A stretch of 64,000 nucleotides of DNA from Candidatus Nanohalobium sp. GTDB lineage: Archaea; Nanohalarchaeota; Nanosalinia; Nanosalinales; Nanosalinaceae. Position numbers and translations under genes: made by a program. How positions within the stretch are numbered: position 1 is the first letter of the stretch; the number at the start of each line of letters is the position of its first letter. Location of the stretch: positions 1 to 64,000 of the forward strand of contig JBDGSL010000002.1 of assembly GCA_042217555.1 (NCBI GenBank), in the 5' to 3' direction. The notes under the pieces were generated by a model, which had not been told where the DNA came from, did not search any database, and was given only the letters and a program-made list of their open reading frames with translations. Positions 38,173 to 49,345 of the stretch are shown here, piece by piece.

Positions 38173-39351
38173 ATGGCTTCGTCAAGAGATATCAGGGCCC
38201 GGGAGATGTTCCTGGAGAAGGAGGAAAACAGTGTTGAAAGCTTGCTGGAGGAGAATAAGGTTGATATATCCTCCGAGAACTTATTCGTAGTTTACGATAA
38301 GGATGGGCCTCTGGAGGATCCCTCGGTCTCTACAGCCGAGACATGGGGGGGTGTTGAGGAGGTTGTGGGTTCGCTGGAAAGCAGCGATGGACTGGAGTTT
38401 GGAGTTGTATCCGGCTGGGATGTAGATACGTTGAGAAGGAGGAGACAGGAATACCTGGACGATAGCTTCCTTCTGGGCGGCTCCATGGGTACAGTTGTTG
38501 AAAAAGACGGTGAGAAGAAGCTTGTCCATGAGGAAGTATCAAAGGATGATATATACGAATCCTTCAGGAACGTCTTCCAGCAAGCTGCAGAGTACGGAGA
38601 GGGCAGAGAAGGATTGAAGATACTGCCACAGGGCAACTCATCTAATCTTGTAGCAAGTATAAAGTTCGAGGCGGAAAACGACAGAGCAGATGTAGGCCGT
38701 ATATCAGATCAGCCCTCAACAGAAGAGATATACGAAGCTATACTTGACAGGGAAGCTGAAGGATTTGAAAAAGTCGAGGAAAACGGAGTTGAAAAGATAC
38801 TGTTCTCAAACAGTTCGGAAGACTCGAGGGTGCTGGCCGAAGTATTTACTGAGGACTTCATATACCCCGGTGTAAGATTCGAGGAAAGAGATGACGAAAG
38901 AATAGCGTTTTACAGGGATGAAAGAGATCTTGAAGAGTTTGAGAAAGAGGAAGGCTACAGTCTGCTCATGCAGGCAGCACCTCAGGACATCAAGGTTAAA
39001 CCTTACGAGGACTGGGGAGCCGACCTGATAAAAGAAGTTGACCACGAGTTCGGTAAACCGGCAGGAGTAGAAAAACTGGGTGAAGAAGCTTACGGAGAAG
39101 AAGACTACACCGGGATAATGATAGGGGACAGCACCACAGACCTGGAGGTAGCTCAGGAACACGATAACTTCTACTTCGCTGCCATATCAGGTTCTGAAGC
39201 CGAGAAAGAAGCAAGGAGAGAAGGAAACTGGAAAGAAGGAGAAGATTACATAGTAGTGCAGAACGGAGTAGATTTCACAGTGATGTTCTCTGAAGCCATG
39301 GAAAATCACAGAGAAGACTGGGAACATGAATACGACTCGGAGAGGATATAA
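38173..39351 (+). CDS. HAD-superfamily hydrolase-like protein
   Basis: VVYDKDGPL (motif I), VVSGW, GKP, MIGDSTTD (motif IV). Confidence 0.7.
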   Translation: MASSRDIRAREMFLEKEENSVESLLEENKVDISSENLFVVYDKDGPLEDPSVSTAETWGGVEEVVGSLESSDGLEFGVVSGWDVDTLRRRRQEYLDDSFLLGGSMGTVVEKDGEKKLVHEEVSKDDIYESFRNVFQQAAEYGEGREGLKILPQGNSSNLVASIKFEAENDRADVGRISDQPSTEEIYEAILDREAEGFEKVEENGVEKILFSNSSEDSRVLAEVFTEDFIYPGVRFEERDDERIAFYRDERDLEEFEKEEGYSLLMQAAPQDIKVKPYEDWGADLIKEVDHEFGKPAGVEKLGEEAYGEEDYTGIMIGDSTTDLEVAQEHDNFYFAAISGSEAEKEARREGNWKEGEDYIVVQNGVDFTVMFSEAMENHREDWEHEYDSERI

Positions 39352-40256
39352 TGCAGTTCGACATGGCAGTAGTAGGTGACATAAACATCGACGTAGTACC
39401 TGAACCGCTGGAAAAAGACCTGGAGATGAAGGAAGACGGCCAAATTTTCGTGGATAAACTTGTTCACCGGAGAGGCGGACAGGCCGCAAACTTCGCTGTA
39501 AAAACATCCGAACTCGGATCTGAAACAGTTTTCCAGGGAAAAGTTGGAGACGACAGACACGCAGACTTCCTTGAACAACACCTGAAAGACAAAGGAGTAA
39601 AGCCAAGACTTGCACGCAGCAAAGACGTTGACACAGGGACAACAACAGTTATACCAAGGGAGAACGGTGAGAGATTCTACATCACTTACGCAGACAACAA
39701 TTCAAAACTTGAATACGGCGATCTGCATAGAGAAACACTTTACAACTCCCGTCACCTGGCAAGAAGAGGCGTATGGTTCTCCACACCCATGCTGAACGAA
39801 GGGAACAAGAAACTGCTGAAAGAAGCGAAGAAACAGGGAGTTGAAACATCTATCGACCTTCACTGGGATCCATACTGGGATGAAAACAGGTCATCAGGAA
39901 ACAGGAGAAAAAAATTTATGGAAACCCTGGAACATGTGGATTTCCTGATGGGAAACAGCGAGGAACTGAAAATGCTGACAGAAAAAAAGGAACTGGACAA
40001 AGCAGTAGAAAAACTGCAGAGATTCGGAGAGTTTAAAACCATAGCTCATTGCGGCCCGGAGGGATCAAAGATTTACAGAGGAAACGAAAGCATCAACATC
40101 CCGGTAGAAGATATCCAAAACCCTGAAAACCCGACAGGAACAGGAGATGTATACGATGCAGCATTCATCAACGCCTGGCAGAAAGGAAAAAGCCTGGAAG
40201 AAGCAGGCCAGAAAGCAACTGAAGAAGCAGTAAAACACCTCAAAGGACTAAACTAA
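39351..40256 (+). CDS. PfkB family carbohydrate kinase
   Basis: VGDINID, GGQAANFA, GKVGDD, NPTGTGDVY. Confidence 0.92.
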   Translation: MQFDMAVVGDINIDVVPEPLEKDLEMKEDGQIFVDKLVHRRGGQAANFAVKTSELGSETVFQGKVGDDRHADFLEQHLKDKGVKPRLARSKDVDTGTTTVIPRENGERFYITYADNNSKLEYGDLHRETLYNSRHLARRGVWFSTPMLNEGNKKLLKEAKKQGVETSIDLHWDPYWDENRSSGNRRKKFMETLEHVDFLMGNSEELKMLTEKKELDKAVEKLQRFGEFKTIAHCGPEGSKIYRGNESINIPVEDIQNPENPTGTGDVYDAAFINAWQKGKSLEEAGQKATEEAVKHLKGLN

Positions 40257-40282
40257 AAAGACTGTACTAAGGAGATTTAATC

Positions 40283-41215
40283 ATGGATAAAGCATTGGTA
40301 ACCGGCGGAGCAGGATTTATAGGTTCAAACCTTGTAGAAAAGCTTGTAGAACAGGATATCAAAGTAGTGGTCCTGGACGACCTCTATCTTGGAGATGAAA
40401 GTAATCTATCAGAGGTTGAGGATGAAATAGAGTTCGTGAAAGGATCAGTACTGGATGATCAAGCAGTTGAAGAAGCAGTTGAAGGATGTGATACTGTTTT
40501 CCATCTCGCAGCAAGATCTTCAAGCCCTATGCATAAGGAAAACCCTGAGGAAGGAGCACGTGTCAACGTCGAAGGTTTTGTCAACACGGTTGAAGCCGCT
40601 AAACAGGAAGGAGTTGAAAAAATAGTTTACGCATCCACAAGTTCCATGTACGGAACTGTAAAACCACCACACCGTGAAAGCCAGGATCCTATGCCGGCCA
40701 ACCTTTATACTGCGTCGAAGATGTCACGTGAAAAATACGCAGAGTCATACAGTTACAACGAACAGATAGAGACTACAGGCATCCGATTCTTCTCGATCTA
40801 CGGACCTCACGAGAAAGCTAAAGGCAAGTACGCCAACGTGGTAACTCAGTTCCTGTGGAAGATGATGGATGACGAGCAACCTGTCATATGGGGGGACGGA
40901 GAACAGGAGAGAGACTTCGTATTCGTCAAAGATGCCGTAGACGCCGTCGTGAAAGCTGCAGAAAGAGACGAATCACTTGATGGAGAAGTAATCAATGTCG
41001 GACGGGGAGATCCTGTAACGTTCAACGACGTAGTTGAAAAACTGAACGATGAACTCGGGAAGGATATCGAAGCCGAACACATTGAGAACCCTAGAGACAA
41101 GTACGTGAGAGAACACTGCGCAGATATCTCCAAAGCCAGAGAACTTCTGGACTGGGAGCCAGAACACAGTTTCGAGGAAGGACTCAAGAAGACAGCTGAA
41201 TACTACAGAGAGTGA
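40283..41215 (+). CDS. NAD-dependent epimerase/dehydratase
   Basis: VTGGAGFIGS, ASTSSMYG, YTASK, GDGEQERDF. Confidence 0.93.
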   Translation: MDKALVTGGAGFIGSNLVEKLVEQDIKVVVLDDLYLGDESNLSEVEDEIEFVKGSVLDDQAVEEAVEGCDTVFHLAARSSSPMHKENPEEGARVNVEGFVNTVEAAKQEGVEKIVYASTSSMYGTVKPPHRESQDPMPANLYTASKMSREKYAESYSYNEQIETTGIRFFSIYGPHEKAKGKYANVVTQFLWKMMDDEQPVIWGDGEQERDFVFVKDAVDAVVKAAERDESLDGEVINVGRGDPVTFNDVVEKLNDELGKDIEAEHIENPRDKYVREHCADISKARELLDWEPEHSFEEGLKKTAEYYRE

Positions 41216-41502
41216 TCAACGTGAGGGACAGCGTAAAGGAAGGCGCTATCTACGGAATGCTTGTCTCTGGAGCGGCCTATACACTTGTACAGTTCCTGGG
41301 ATACAGCTCCCGGAGCCTTGCCGTCATCCTCTACCTGTTCCTCATATCAGCTATACTCATCAACGTCAAGTCCGAGATGTCAGAACCTCTCAAACCCTAC
41401 CTGGACAGACTTGTCCTTGTAGCCGAGGGAGAAGAACTCAAGATGAAAAAACTGCTTACAGGCGAAAAGTACAGGGTAAGAGGAGATGTAGAAAAACTCT
41501 AG
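41212..41502 (+). CDS. Hypothetical membrane protein
   Basis: Two hydrophobic helices; GTGA overlap with the epimerase. Confidence 0.7.
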   Translation: MINVRDSVKEGAIYGMLVSGAAYTLVQFLGYSSRSLAVILYLFLISAILINVKSEMSEPLKPYLDRLVLVAEGEELKMKKLLTGEKYRVRGDVEKL

Positions 41503-42305
41503 TAAGAATAGGAATCCACAAGCCTGTCGTTCTCATTGTACAACCTGACTTCTCCACCGCCGTTGAGAATATTCAGCCCGGACTCCACAACGGCACTACT
41601 TTCCGGTTCTATACCCACACTCTCAAGCTCTTCCCTGCTACTGGAATAGAATACAGTCTCCTCACCTGTACCAATACTTCTTTCAAGCTTCAACACCTCC
41701 TTTATCACTCCTTCCGAATCCACAGTCTTTACCTTCCACTCATCCATATCCACCTTCTTATCTCCGGTATTGGACAGTGTGAAATGCTCCACAGTGTCAT
41801 TCCTTGCAACAACGTCAAGCTCCACATCCGGCAACATACTGCTGACTACCATCTGTTTCCTCTTTCGGGCCTCCGACATCCTGGACCTGAACTTCTTCCT
41901 CAGAATCTTTCTCACCTCTTCCGCCTTCTCCTTGGCTTCGCCTTCAAAACCAGAGATATTCTCACCGTCCCTGAAACCTGTCTTGAACCTTCCATAAGGT
42001 GTCTGAACTACAGTTATGGAATAATTACTGGTTCTTTTCTTCTTGATAAATCCCTGTGGAGTCCTCAGAACTGAAATGTTCCTCCTGTAACTTACGTTAG
42101 AGCTAAGCTTTGAACTGCTTCCCAGAATTGACATCACTACTTTTCCAGGTTCAAACTCTACTTCAAACCGGTCTGAAAACCTTGAATCTATAACACCATG
42201 TAAATCAGATCTTTCCTTGATCTCAACACTTTGAGAAGCCGCAGGTATAGAAATCAGAACCACTGCAAGCAGTGCAAAAACGACAGAGTCCCGGGCTCCA
42301 TCCAT
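41499..42305 (-). CDS. Secreted protein with C-terminal lamin-tail-like domain
   Basis: Signal peptide; EHFTLSNTGDKKVDMDEWKV...LNGGGEVRLYNENDRLVDSYSY. Confidence 0.7.
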   Translation of the reverse strand: MDGARDSVVFALLAVVLISIPAASQSVEIKERSDLHGVIDSRFSDRFEVEFEPGKVVMSILGSSSKLSSNVSYRRNISVLRTPQGFIKKKRTSNYSITVVQTPYGRFKTGFRDGENISGFEGEAKEKAEEVRKILRKKFRSRMSEARKRKQMVVSSMLPDVELDVVARNDTVEHFTLSNTGDKKVDMDEWKVKTVDSEGVIKEVLKLERSIGTGEETVFYSSSREELESVGIEPESSAVVESGLNILNGGGEVRLYNENDRLVDSYSY

Positions 42306-42398
42306 GCAGAACCTGTGCCCGGGAAAAGTTAAATACTTACCTTTGTTGCGGTCAAAGTCTCTGTCCTTCAGATCCGGAGAGAGGGAGATTTTACTTGA

Positions 42399-43556
42399 TC
42401 ACAGTGCTACGAGTACAGGTATCAGAAGTACTGCCATGCAGCAGGCCCTGCAGTTATTTATCATGCTGTAAAACCCGATGCCGGAGGCTGTGATCAGTGT
42501 TACAAGGCCAAACCACCCGCTCAGGACATAGGAAAGAATCAGTAGAAGCAAGAGTATTGAGAAGCCTGTTAAACGGAAGTTTATAGACCTGACTATTCTG
42601 AGAAACAGTTTATGTGTTCTCAGCGCCAGTAACGCTGAGAACCCGGCGCAAAACACTGAAAGCCCGATAAGTGTGAACATCTCGTAAGGCATTATATTGC
42701 CCAGGCTTTTGAGTGCTACGGAAGCACCTGAACGTGATTTATCCAGCGTGAGCAGCGCCAGGAAGGATACTACTATGTCTGTAGTGTTGACTCCTCCCAT
42801 GCCGGCAAGAAAGTCGTACTCGTCGTCCATAACAGGTGAGAGGAAAGTCGTGGCTCCTGCAGCGCCTACTCCGGGAACAGTACCTGCTATCAGTCCTGCA
42901 GCCATGCCTGTCATACTTCCTCTGAAACCGTTGAAATCTCCTTCCTCCTGTTCCGGCAGTTCAAAGTCACGCTTCAGAGAAGAACTTACTGCAGGAACGG
43001 CGAAAAGCCCGGAGAATACAGGCATAAGTATAAAGCTTCCTGAAAGACTGCTGTTGAGGGACAGGATTCCAAGCAAGCCGCTTACTGCCGCTGTTACAAC
43101 TGCCTCCAACGAGAAGTTCTCGAAGACAAGAAAGAACAGGAAGAAAGCGACAAGGTAAGCCATCAAAGGCTGAACCAGTGAGTAGACATCCTCCAGGAAA
43201 ACCACAAGAAACGGCAGAGCCAGGGTAACAGTGATGACAGATACCAGGCCGCCAAGAAGTGTGGCATTAAACGCTTCAGGCCCTCTTCCTTCAGCAGCTT
43301 TCTCTGCTCCTGGCATTGACGAAAGTGCTGTGCTTGCTTCCGGAGCCTGAAGGTAAATCGAAGGAATGAAGTCGTGGAAAGTATGTGATATGGAGATACC
43401 GGAGACGAACGCAGCGTAGCTCACCAGTTCAAGACCTGAGGAAAGGTAGAACGGTATAGAACTGAATATAACTGTGTTGGGATGTATACCCGGTGTTACG
43501 CCGGTGAGGGCTCCTGCAAGAACTCCTGCAAGTCCGAGTGACAGAAGATCTATCAT
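42399..43556 (-). CDS. TctA-like (DUF112) membrane protein
   Basis: Likely start 43556; TGVTPGIHPNT, HTFHDFIPSIY, TVPGVG, SRSG. Confidence 0.85.
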   Translation of the reverse strand: MIDLLSLGLAGVLAGALTGVTPGIHPNTVIFSSIPFYLSSGLELVSYAAFVSGISISHTFHDFIPSIYLQAPEASTALSSMPGAEKAAEGRGPEAFNATLLGGLVSVITVTLALPFLVVFLEDVYSLVQPLMAYLVAFFLFFLVFENFSLEAVVTAAVSGLLGILSLNSSLSGSFILMPVFSGLFAVPAVSSSLKRDFELPEQEEGDFNGFRGSMTGMAAGLIAGTVPGVGAAGATTFLSPVMDDEYDFLAGMGGVNTTDIVVSFLALLTLDKSRSGASVALKSLGNIMPYEMFTLIGLSVFCAGFSALLALRTHKLFLRIVRSINFRLTGFSILLLLLILSYVLSGWFGLVTLITASGIGFYSMINNCRACCMAVLLIPVLVAL

Positions 43557-43617
43557 CCGGTGTCTACACCTGTTTCCTGGCCGCAGTAATTTAAAGAACA
43601 CGACGTAACTAAAGGCT

Positions 43618-43926
43618 ATGTTTGGAGGAAACATGCAGCAGATGATGAAGCAGATGGGCGTTGACATGGAAGAAATCGACGCTGACAAAGTAGAAGTACA
43701 CGTAGGAGACAGGAAAATGGTTTTCAGCAATCCTCAGTTATCTAAGATAAACGCTCAGGGACAGGAAATGTTCCAGCTACAGGGAGATTACTCGGAGCAG
43801 GAGAAAGGCCCTTCTCAGGACGACATCGACCTTGTACAGGAGAAAACAGGTTGCAGCGAGGAAGAAGCTCGTGAAGCACTGAAGGAAGCTGAAGACGTAG
43901 CTGAAGCAGTTATGGAAGTACAGTAA
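43618..43926 (+). CDS. nac: Nascent polypeptide-associated complex protein
   Basis: MQQMMKQMGVDMEEI, FQLQG, UBA-like DDIDLV...EEAREAL. Confidence 0.95.
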   Translation: MFGGNMQQMMKQMGVDMEEIDADKVEVHVGDRKMVFSNPQLSKINAQGQEMFQLQGDYSEQEKGPSQDDIDLVQEKTGCSEEEAREALKEAEDVAEAVMEVQ

Positions 43927-43965
43927 ACCATTTTCTCTCCTTATTCTCCTCTACAATCTGCCCTA

Positions 43966-45654
43966 CTATTCTTTTATCTGTTCTATGGTCTTCGCGAATG
44001 CTGGTCTGGTTATCAGGATACCTATCAGGATTCCGAGTATAGTTGTCTTGGCAAACTCGTGGATAGTGGAAAGTGCAGCACCTGACGGCCCGAGACCTGA
44101 TGTGAAGGCTGATACGAGTAAAACGAATACTCCTATCGCAATGAAGTGCCGGTTCGTATCCCTGCTGTACAGACTGTAACCGACAAGCCCTGCACCAGCA
44201 ATACCTATCAACGCTGATATAGGGCCTGGAGAAAGTATAGGCATCATGGCGCCTGCTGTTGACGCAGCAGATGTGAAGATAACGAAGAAAGCTCTTTTCA
44301 TCTTCTTCTGCCATCCTCCCAGGTCCTGCTTCCCTGATTCGTCCGTTATTATTATCTGGTCATCTACTCCTGTACCTACCGCAGCTATTATACCGGCCAC
44401 GGCCGAAAGACTGAGTGTCCCGGCAGTGGTGAAGTACGTACCCAGCAGAATGTAAACTTCCGAAGCACCTGTAAGAACCATAGGTACTACGACACGTGGA
44501 TCTCTGTAACGTGCGAACACAAGAAGTCCAACAGCCAGCAGAGAACCTACAATCGACAGGACGGCAGCTGACATAAACTGCGATCCAAGAGAAGAACTCA
44601 AAGTACTTGAACTTACCGTCTTGACCGATACAGGCAGTCTACCGGACTTCAAGATAGACATCATCCGGTCTCTGGCCTCAACCGCTTTTTCATGCGTCTC
44701 TCCCGGCCCTGAGATCGTGGACTTTGTGACCTCCTTTCTCGAGAAGACTTCCGCCATCAGCAAACCGCTCTCACGGTTACCGTCGACGTAGAGACCGGAG
44801 CGAGCCCACTCACCGTTCTCCATAACAAGGTATCTCTGGCTTCCAATACCGGAGTAAGGCCTGCTACCGTAGTTCTCTGCGATCTGAAGCTGGTTTTCAG
44901 CTGCGTCCTGAGATATTATCACAGGGAAGGTGAACTCGTATCGCGATCCCTGCGGCCTTATCTGGGAGTCGCTCTCCACAACAGACTTTATATCTCTGCC
45001 TGTGTAGACCACGACCTCAAGGTTGGCAGAGCCCGCAGACTCATTGAAACCGCTGTATACAAATGAAGTATTGTATCCTTCTATCCCGTTACGAGGTACT
45101 GAGAAACGTTTTCCTTCCTGAACTGTCTTTGAAAAGTTTTCCAGGCCTGAAACCTTTATAGAATGATTATTTAAAACTGTGAAACTGTATGTGTATTCTC
45201 CAAGGGAGAACTCTCTTTCATCTGCGAGATGGATAGGCATACGTGTCTCGAAGCTTCCCTCCCGCTCTACTATACTCTTCAGCTTTTCAGTGTCGCTCGT
45301 AGCTGACTCGACCTGCACCCGGTACTTTCCATCTCCTATATCTACTGTTCTTACGCTTGGATCAGGGATGTTCGAGTTGGAAAGCCGTATCTCCAAGGTG
45401 TTACGGACCTCCTCGGCCAGTTTACGCAGATCACTGCCTGTCTTGTTGGTCTCAGGCTTCAGCAATATCCTTGTACCGCCGGAGAACTCTATACTGGTCC
45501 TGTTTTCAAGATTGGTTGTGAATCCGACATCGTCTCCACTCATGTCAAAGAACAGTGTAGGACTGTTCCAGGGCACAAGCAGCACTGTTGAAAGCGTAAG
45601 CGCAAGCACAAGCACCCATATCCTCCATTCCTTTGCAAGTTCTCTGAACTCCAT
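43966..45654 (-). CDS. secD: Protein translocase subunit SecD
   Basis: FSGGTRI, LKSGRLPV, LGSQF, IAAVGTGVDDQIIITDE. Confidence 0.93.
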   Translation of the reverse strand: MEFRELAKEWRIWVLVLALTLSTVLLVPWNSPTLFFDMSGDDVGFTTNLENRTSIEFSGGTRILLKPETNKTGSDLRKLAEEVRNTLEIRLSNSNIPDPSVRTVDIGDGKYRVQVESATSDTEKLKSIVEREGSFETRMPIHLADEREFSLGEYTYSFTVLNNHSIKVSGLENFSKTVQEGKRFSVPRNGIEGYNTSFVYSGFNESAGSANLEVVVYTGRDIKSVVESDSQIRPQGSRYEFTFPVIISQDAAENQLQIAENYGSRPYSGIGSQRYLVMENGEWARSGLYVDGNRESGLLMAEVFSRKEVTKSTISGPGETHEKAVEARDRMMSILKSGRLPVSVKTVSSSTLSSSLGSQFMSAAVLSIVGSLLAVGLLVFARYRDPRVVVPMVLTGASEVYILLGTYFTTAGTLSLSAVAGIIAAVGTGVDDQIIITDESGKQDLGGWQKKMKRAFFVIFTSAASTAGAMMPILSPGPISALIGIAGAGLVGYSLYSRDTNRHFIAIGVFVLLVSAFTSGLGPSGAALSTIHEFAKTTILGILIGILITRPAFAKTIEQIKE

Positions 45655-46572
45655 CTATTCGCCACCTCTGTAGATCAATTTTTCATCCTCTATGTAAGAT
45701 TTCAGTATCGCCGTGTTACCTAGCCATGTCAAAGGCATATCTGCCAGCAAACCTATTATCATTACTGCTGCGATGTTTGAAAGCTCTGAAGGCCCGACAA
45801 TCATGTAAGATATTATGTAAAGCAGTGTGAAACCGGCTATACCTCCGGAACTCATCGTAACACCGGTTTTAAGAGATTCCCACATCCTGTTCTTCAGGCT
45901 TGATCTCTCACGTTTAAGAGATCTTGTGGACAGAACGATGTCGGTGTCAACCGAGTAACCTATAAGCATCAGTAAAGCTGCCAGAGAACCCAGCGTCAGA
46001 GGAATACCCAGGACGGCCATCCCTGCTGAGGCAATGATTATGTCGCCTGCAGCCGCAAATATAACTGCCATCGAAGGAGTGATGTCCTTGAAAGCCACGA
46101 AGATGACAAGACTCATGAAAGTGAAGGCCAGGACGAAAGCTATCTGCGCCTGAAGAAAGAACTGTTCCGAAACCGCAGCAGACATAGTCCTGAAACTCAA
46201 GACTTCCGCGGTGTAGCCGGAGTCCGAAAGTATCTCTTCAACTTTTACCTGTTCTATATCAGGCGGCGGTATCTGAACCAGAAGACTTTCTCCTGTCGTC
46301 GTCTCCTGCCTTATAGCATCTACATCGGTTCTACCGGCTTCCGAGAAAGCACTTTCCACTTCGGAAGGAGTGTAGGAGCCATTGATGTTCAACTGGGCCT
46401 CTGTACCGCCCGCAAAATCAGTTCCCTTCTCAAGGAAAGAACCCGTCTGAGCGTACTGCACTCCAAGTATCGCCACCCCGATCAGAACAAGTACCAGGGG
46501 AACAAGAAAGAACTTCTGATGCTCGTCGTATACTCTGCTGTATTTCTCCTCAAGTTTTTCTTCCAGCTTCAC
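45655..46572 (-). CDS. secF: Protein translocase subunit SecF
   Basis: GTDFAGGT, AALLMLIGYSVDTDI. Confidence 0.95.
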   Translation of the reverse strand: MKLEEKLEEKYSRVYDEHQKFFLVPLVLVLIGVAILGVQYAQTGSFLEKGTDFAGGTEAQLNINGSYTPSEVESAFSEAGRTDVDAIRQETTTGESLLVQIPPPDIEQVKVEEILSDSGYTAEVLSFRTMSAAVSEQFFLQAQIAFVLAFTFMSLVIFVAFKDITPSMAVIFAAAGDIIIASAGMAVLGIPLTLGSLAALLMLIGYSVDTDIVLSTRSLKRERSSLKNRMWESLKTGVTMSSGGIAGFTLLYIISYMIVGPSELSNIAAVMIIGLLADMPLTWLGNTAILKSYIEDEKLIYRGGE

Positions 46573-46681
46573 AGAAAAACTTCCTATCTTGGAATACTTT
46601 TAAACCTGTCTCGAAGGCAGGGGAAGGGGGGGGAAGGAGGTAAGCTCATAAAAAACATGTAACACTAAATTCAATTCAAGC

Positions 46682-49345
46682 ATGGACCTGTCCGAAAAAC
46701 TTGAAGAGTACGGCGGCAGCCTGGAAAGAGATAATTTCACAAGTAAAATACGGAAGCACTGGCAGATTCCTTCCCTCGCAGCGGTTTTTCTACTGGCTCT
46801 TACAGTTCGATACATGCCTGCAAACGGCATGAAGCACCTTCAGGCAGTAGACCCTTACTTCATCTTCAGGAACGCACAGCACCTTGCACTGGAAGGAAAC
46901 CTGCCTCGGATAGACTTCCACCGGTACTTCCCGTACACCTCTCCCACTTACCTGTACAACAACGGTGAATTTGTTATACCGGCTGTTCTGCACAGTGCAG
47001 GTTTCGGACTGTTTTTCGACACGTTCCTTGAATGGGCGCAGTTCTACCCTGCGATGATGGGAGCACTGTCAGTCCTTACCATGTACTTCCTCGGTAAAGA
47101 ACTTTACGGCAGGAAAACAGGTATATCAGCTGCTTTCTTCCTCGCAGTTATAGCCGGAGCGCTCAGAAGGACGTCAGCAGGATTCTTCGACAAGGAGCCG
47201 AGTGGAACGTTCTTCATGATGACATCACTCCTGTTCTTCACCCGGGCCTGGAAACAGGAAAGCTGGCCTAACGGTTTACTATCCGGGCTTTCACTTGGAC
47301 TCTTCACGGTTTCCTGGGGAGGAAGCCAGATGCTGTGGCTGCTATACCCTGTTGTAACTGGCGCAGTGCTTTTCATAGACCAGGATATAAAATCTCTGGT
47401 CTCTTCGTACACTCCTACAGTACTTTTGGCAGGTTTCACAGCCTCCATACTTAACCCGGGTAACTTCTGGTTCACGGACACGCTCTTCCTTGCTAACCTT
47501 GCGGTCCTGACAGGTCTATGGGCCCGGTACCTGGTCGAGAAACTGAATATCATAGAGAGGTCCCGGCTACCTTACTTCGTTCCCGGGATGGCGGTCTTCG
47601 GAGGCGTAATGGCGGTTCTTTCCCCTCTTTACTCCGATTTCGTAGCCAGCAACATAATCAAAGTGTTCAAGATCGCGGATGCAGCTTCAGGAGGAGTGAT
47701 CGGAGGAACCGTCGCTGAAAACGCACCGCCAGGAGCTGACAGCCTGATGAGAAGCCTGGGCTCAGGTCTATTATCAGGTATCGGCCAAGGAACAGAACTT
47801 GTAGGTATGATGGTAAGTCCCTGGACCCTGATGCTTTTCTCAGTCTCCTTCACTCTGACCGCAGGAGTCCTGATGGCCGCAAGAAAATACGGTCTGACAG
47901 GAGAAACCGTTCCCGGAAGGAAGAAGGCAGCATACATACAGGCATCCTTTGTAGCAGTCATGATAGCGCTCATGGGCCTGTTACAGACATACGTCTTCAT
48001 AACTGCAGTTATGGCTCTCCTGATGGGATCATTCCTGTACATAGTCTTATACATGCTTGAGGAGGACTCAGCATACAGTATCGGTACCATGCTGATGACC
48101 GGCCTGGCACTGGGAGCAGCAATGTACTCGTACAGGTTCTCAGGCGGTTTATTTACTTCTCTTAGCCTGCTAACCTTTTTACCAGCTTTCCTTGCAGCTG
48201 TGTCATCTATAGTACTGCATTACACGTACAGCTTCCCGGAGAAAGAACTGGAGTACCGCTGGCATCTTATCATTCCTCTTACATGGATAGTTTCGAACGT
48301 AGCAGTTACAACTGTACGTTCACGTCTCGTGTTCCTTTCAACGTTTGCTGTATCTCTTGGCGCCGGCCATGCACTTGCAAGGATAGTTGAGAAGCTGAAG
48401 GTGCTTGACTACAGCCATGTATACATGGTTGAACAGGAAAGACTGGAACAGTTCGTACCGGCACTGCTAGTCGTGCTGACGGTTGCTGCAACACTTTTCT
48501 CCGGTCTTACCATGGCTCAAAGCATCAGAGGATCTCCATCACCTTCACCACAGATATGGGAGCCAAGTCTGGACTATATGAGCAACGAAACACCCGAGGG
48601 ATCGGTTGTAATGTCCTGGTGGGACTACGGCTACTACTTCGAGGAACTGGGAAGAAGGCCTGCAGTGGCAGACGGTATGAACGCAGGTTACTACACCAGT
48701 GAGACCCGGGCAGTTAACATGCCGCTGGCAGACTACCTTAACTCCACAGCCTCCAACCCTCAGGACAGAGAGTTCCTGAAGAAACACTCTGTGGACTACC
48801 TGTGGCTTGACTACAGCATGATAGGAAAGTTCGCCGCTGTAAGCCAGATATCCAACAGGGATAACTCGAAGTATGAGGTTATAGCCCGTGCATACACTCC
48901 TGAAACACTGCCTAACTCGATCAGCAGGGATGGCAACCAGACCGTGGCTACGTTCCAGGGAAGGATGGGGAGAAGAACAGTGGAAATATACGCACCTGTC
49001 GGTTTCTCCAACACAACGGCTGAGTTAACAGGGCCGCCTACAGTCCGGTTTTCAAACGGTTTAACAGCGAAGATCGGCTGCGTCCTCACAGAAAATGGAA
49101 GAAAGACCTACGACGTTGACAACAATCTAGGGTTCTGTGCCTCTGAAGATCCTTTCTACAGCCTGGAGAGAGGAATGGCAGGAGCAAGGTCGCGCATGGT
49201 GCTCGTACCGAAGAAGATAGCCAACTCGACTTTCGTAAAGCTGTACATACAGGACGGTCACGGCGTGGAATACGCTGAAAAGATCCCGGAAGCATCTAAT
49301 GGCTACATAAAGATGTGGAAGGTTGATCTGAGGGAAGAGAAGTGA
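46682..49345 (+). CDS. aglB: Oligosaccharyltransferase AglB (STT3 family)
   Basis: AVDPY, RTSAGFFDKE, TVAE, SWWDYG, multi-TM N-terminal half. Confidence 0.96.
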   Translation: MDLSEKLEEYGGSLERDNFTSKIRKHWQIPSLAAVFLLALTVRYMPANGMKHLQAVDPYFIFRNAQHLALEGNLPRIDFHRYFPYTSPTYLYNNGEFVIPAVLHSAGFGLFFDTFLEWAQFYPAMMGALSVLTMYFLGKELYGRKTGISAAFFLAVIAGALRRTSAGFFDKEPSGTFFMMTSLLFFTRAWKQESWPNGLLSGLSLGLFTVSWGGSQMLWLLYPVVTGAVLFIDQDIKSLVSSYTPTVLLAGFTASILNPGNFWFTDTLFLANLAVLTGLWARYLVEKLNIIERSRLPYFVPGMAVFGGVMAVLSPLYSDFVASNIIKVFKIADAASGGVIGGTVAENAPPGADSLMRSLGSGLLSGIGQGTELVGMMVSPWTLMLFSVSFTLTAGVLMAARKYGLTGETVPGRKKAAYIQASFVAVMIALMGLLQTYVFITAVMALLMGSFLYIVLYMLEEDSAYSIGTMLMTGLALGAAMYSYRFSGGLFTSLSLLTFLPAFLAAVSSIVLHYTYSFPEKELEYRWHLIIPLTWIVSNVAVTTVRSRLVFLSTFAVSLGAGHALARIVEKLKVLDYSHVYMVEQERLEQFVPALLVVLTVAATLFSGLTMAQSIRGSPSPSPQIWEPSLDYMSNETPEGSVVMSWWDYGYYFEELGRRPAVADGMNAGYYTSETRAVNMPLADYLNSTASNPQDREFLKKHSVDYLWLDYSMIGKFAAVSQISNRDNSKYEVIARAYTPETLPNSISRDGNQTVATFQGRMGRRTVEIYAPVGFSNTTAELTGPPTVRFSNGLTAKIGCVLTENGRKTYDVDNNLGFCASEDPFYSLERGMAGARSRMVLVPKKIANSTFVKLYIQDGHGVEYAEKIPEASNGYIKMWKVDLREEK

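Noticed and set aside
43557..43730. N-terminal extension of the 42399-43730 ORF
   Set aside because: It overlaps nac on the opposite strand; the start at 43556 fits better.
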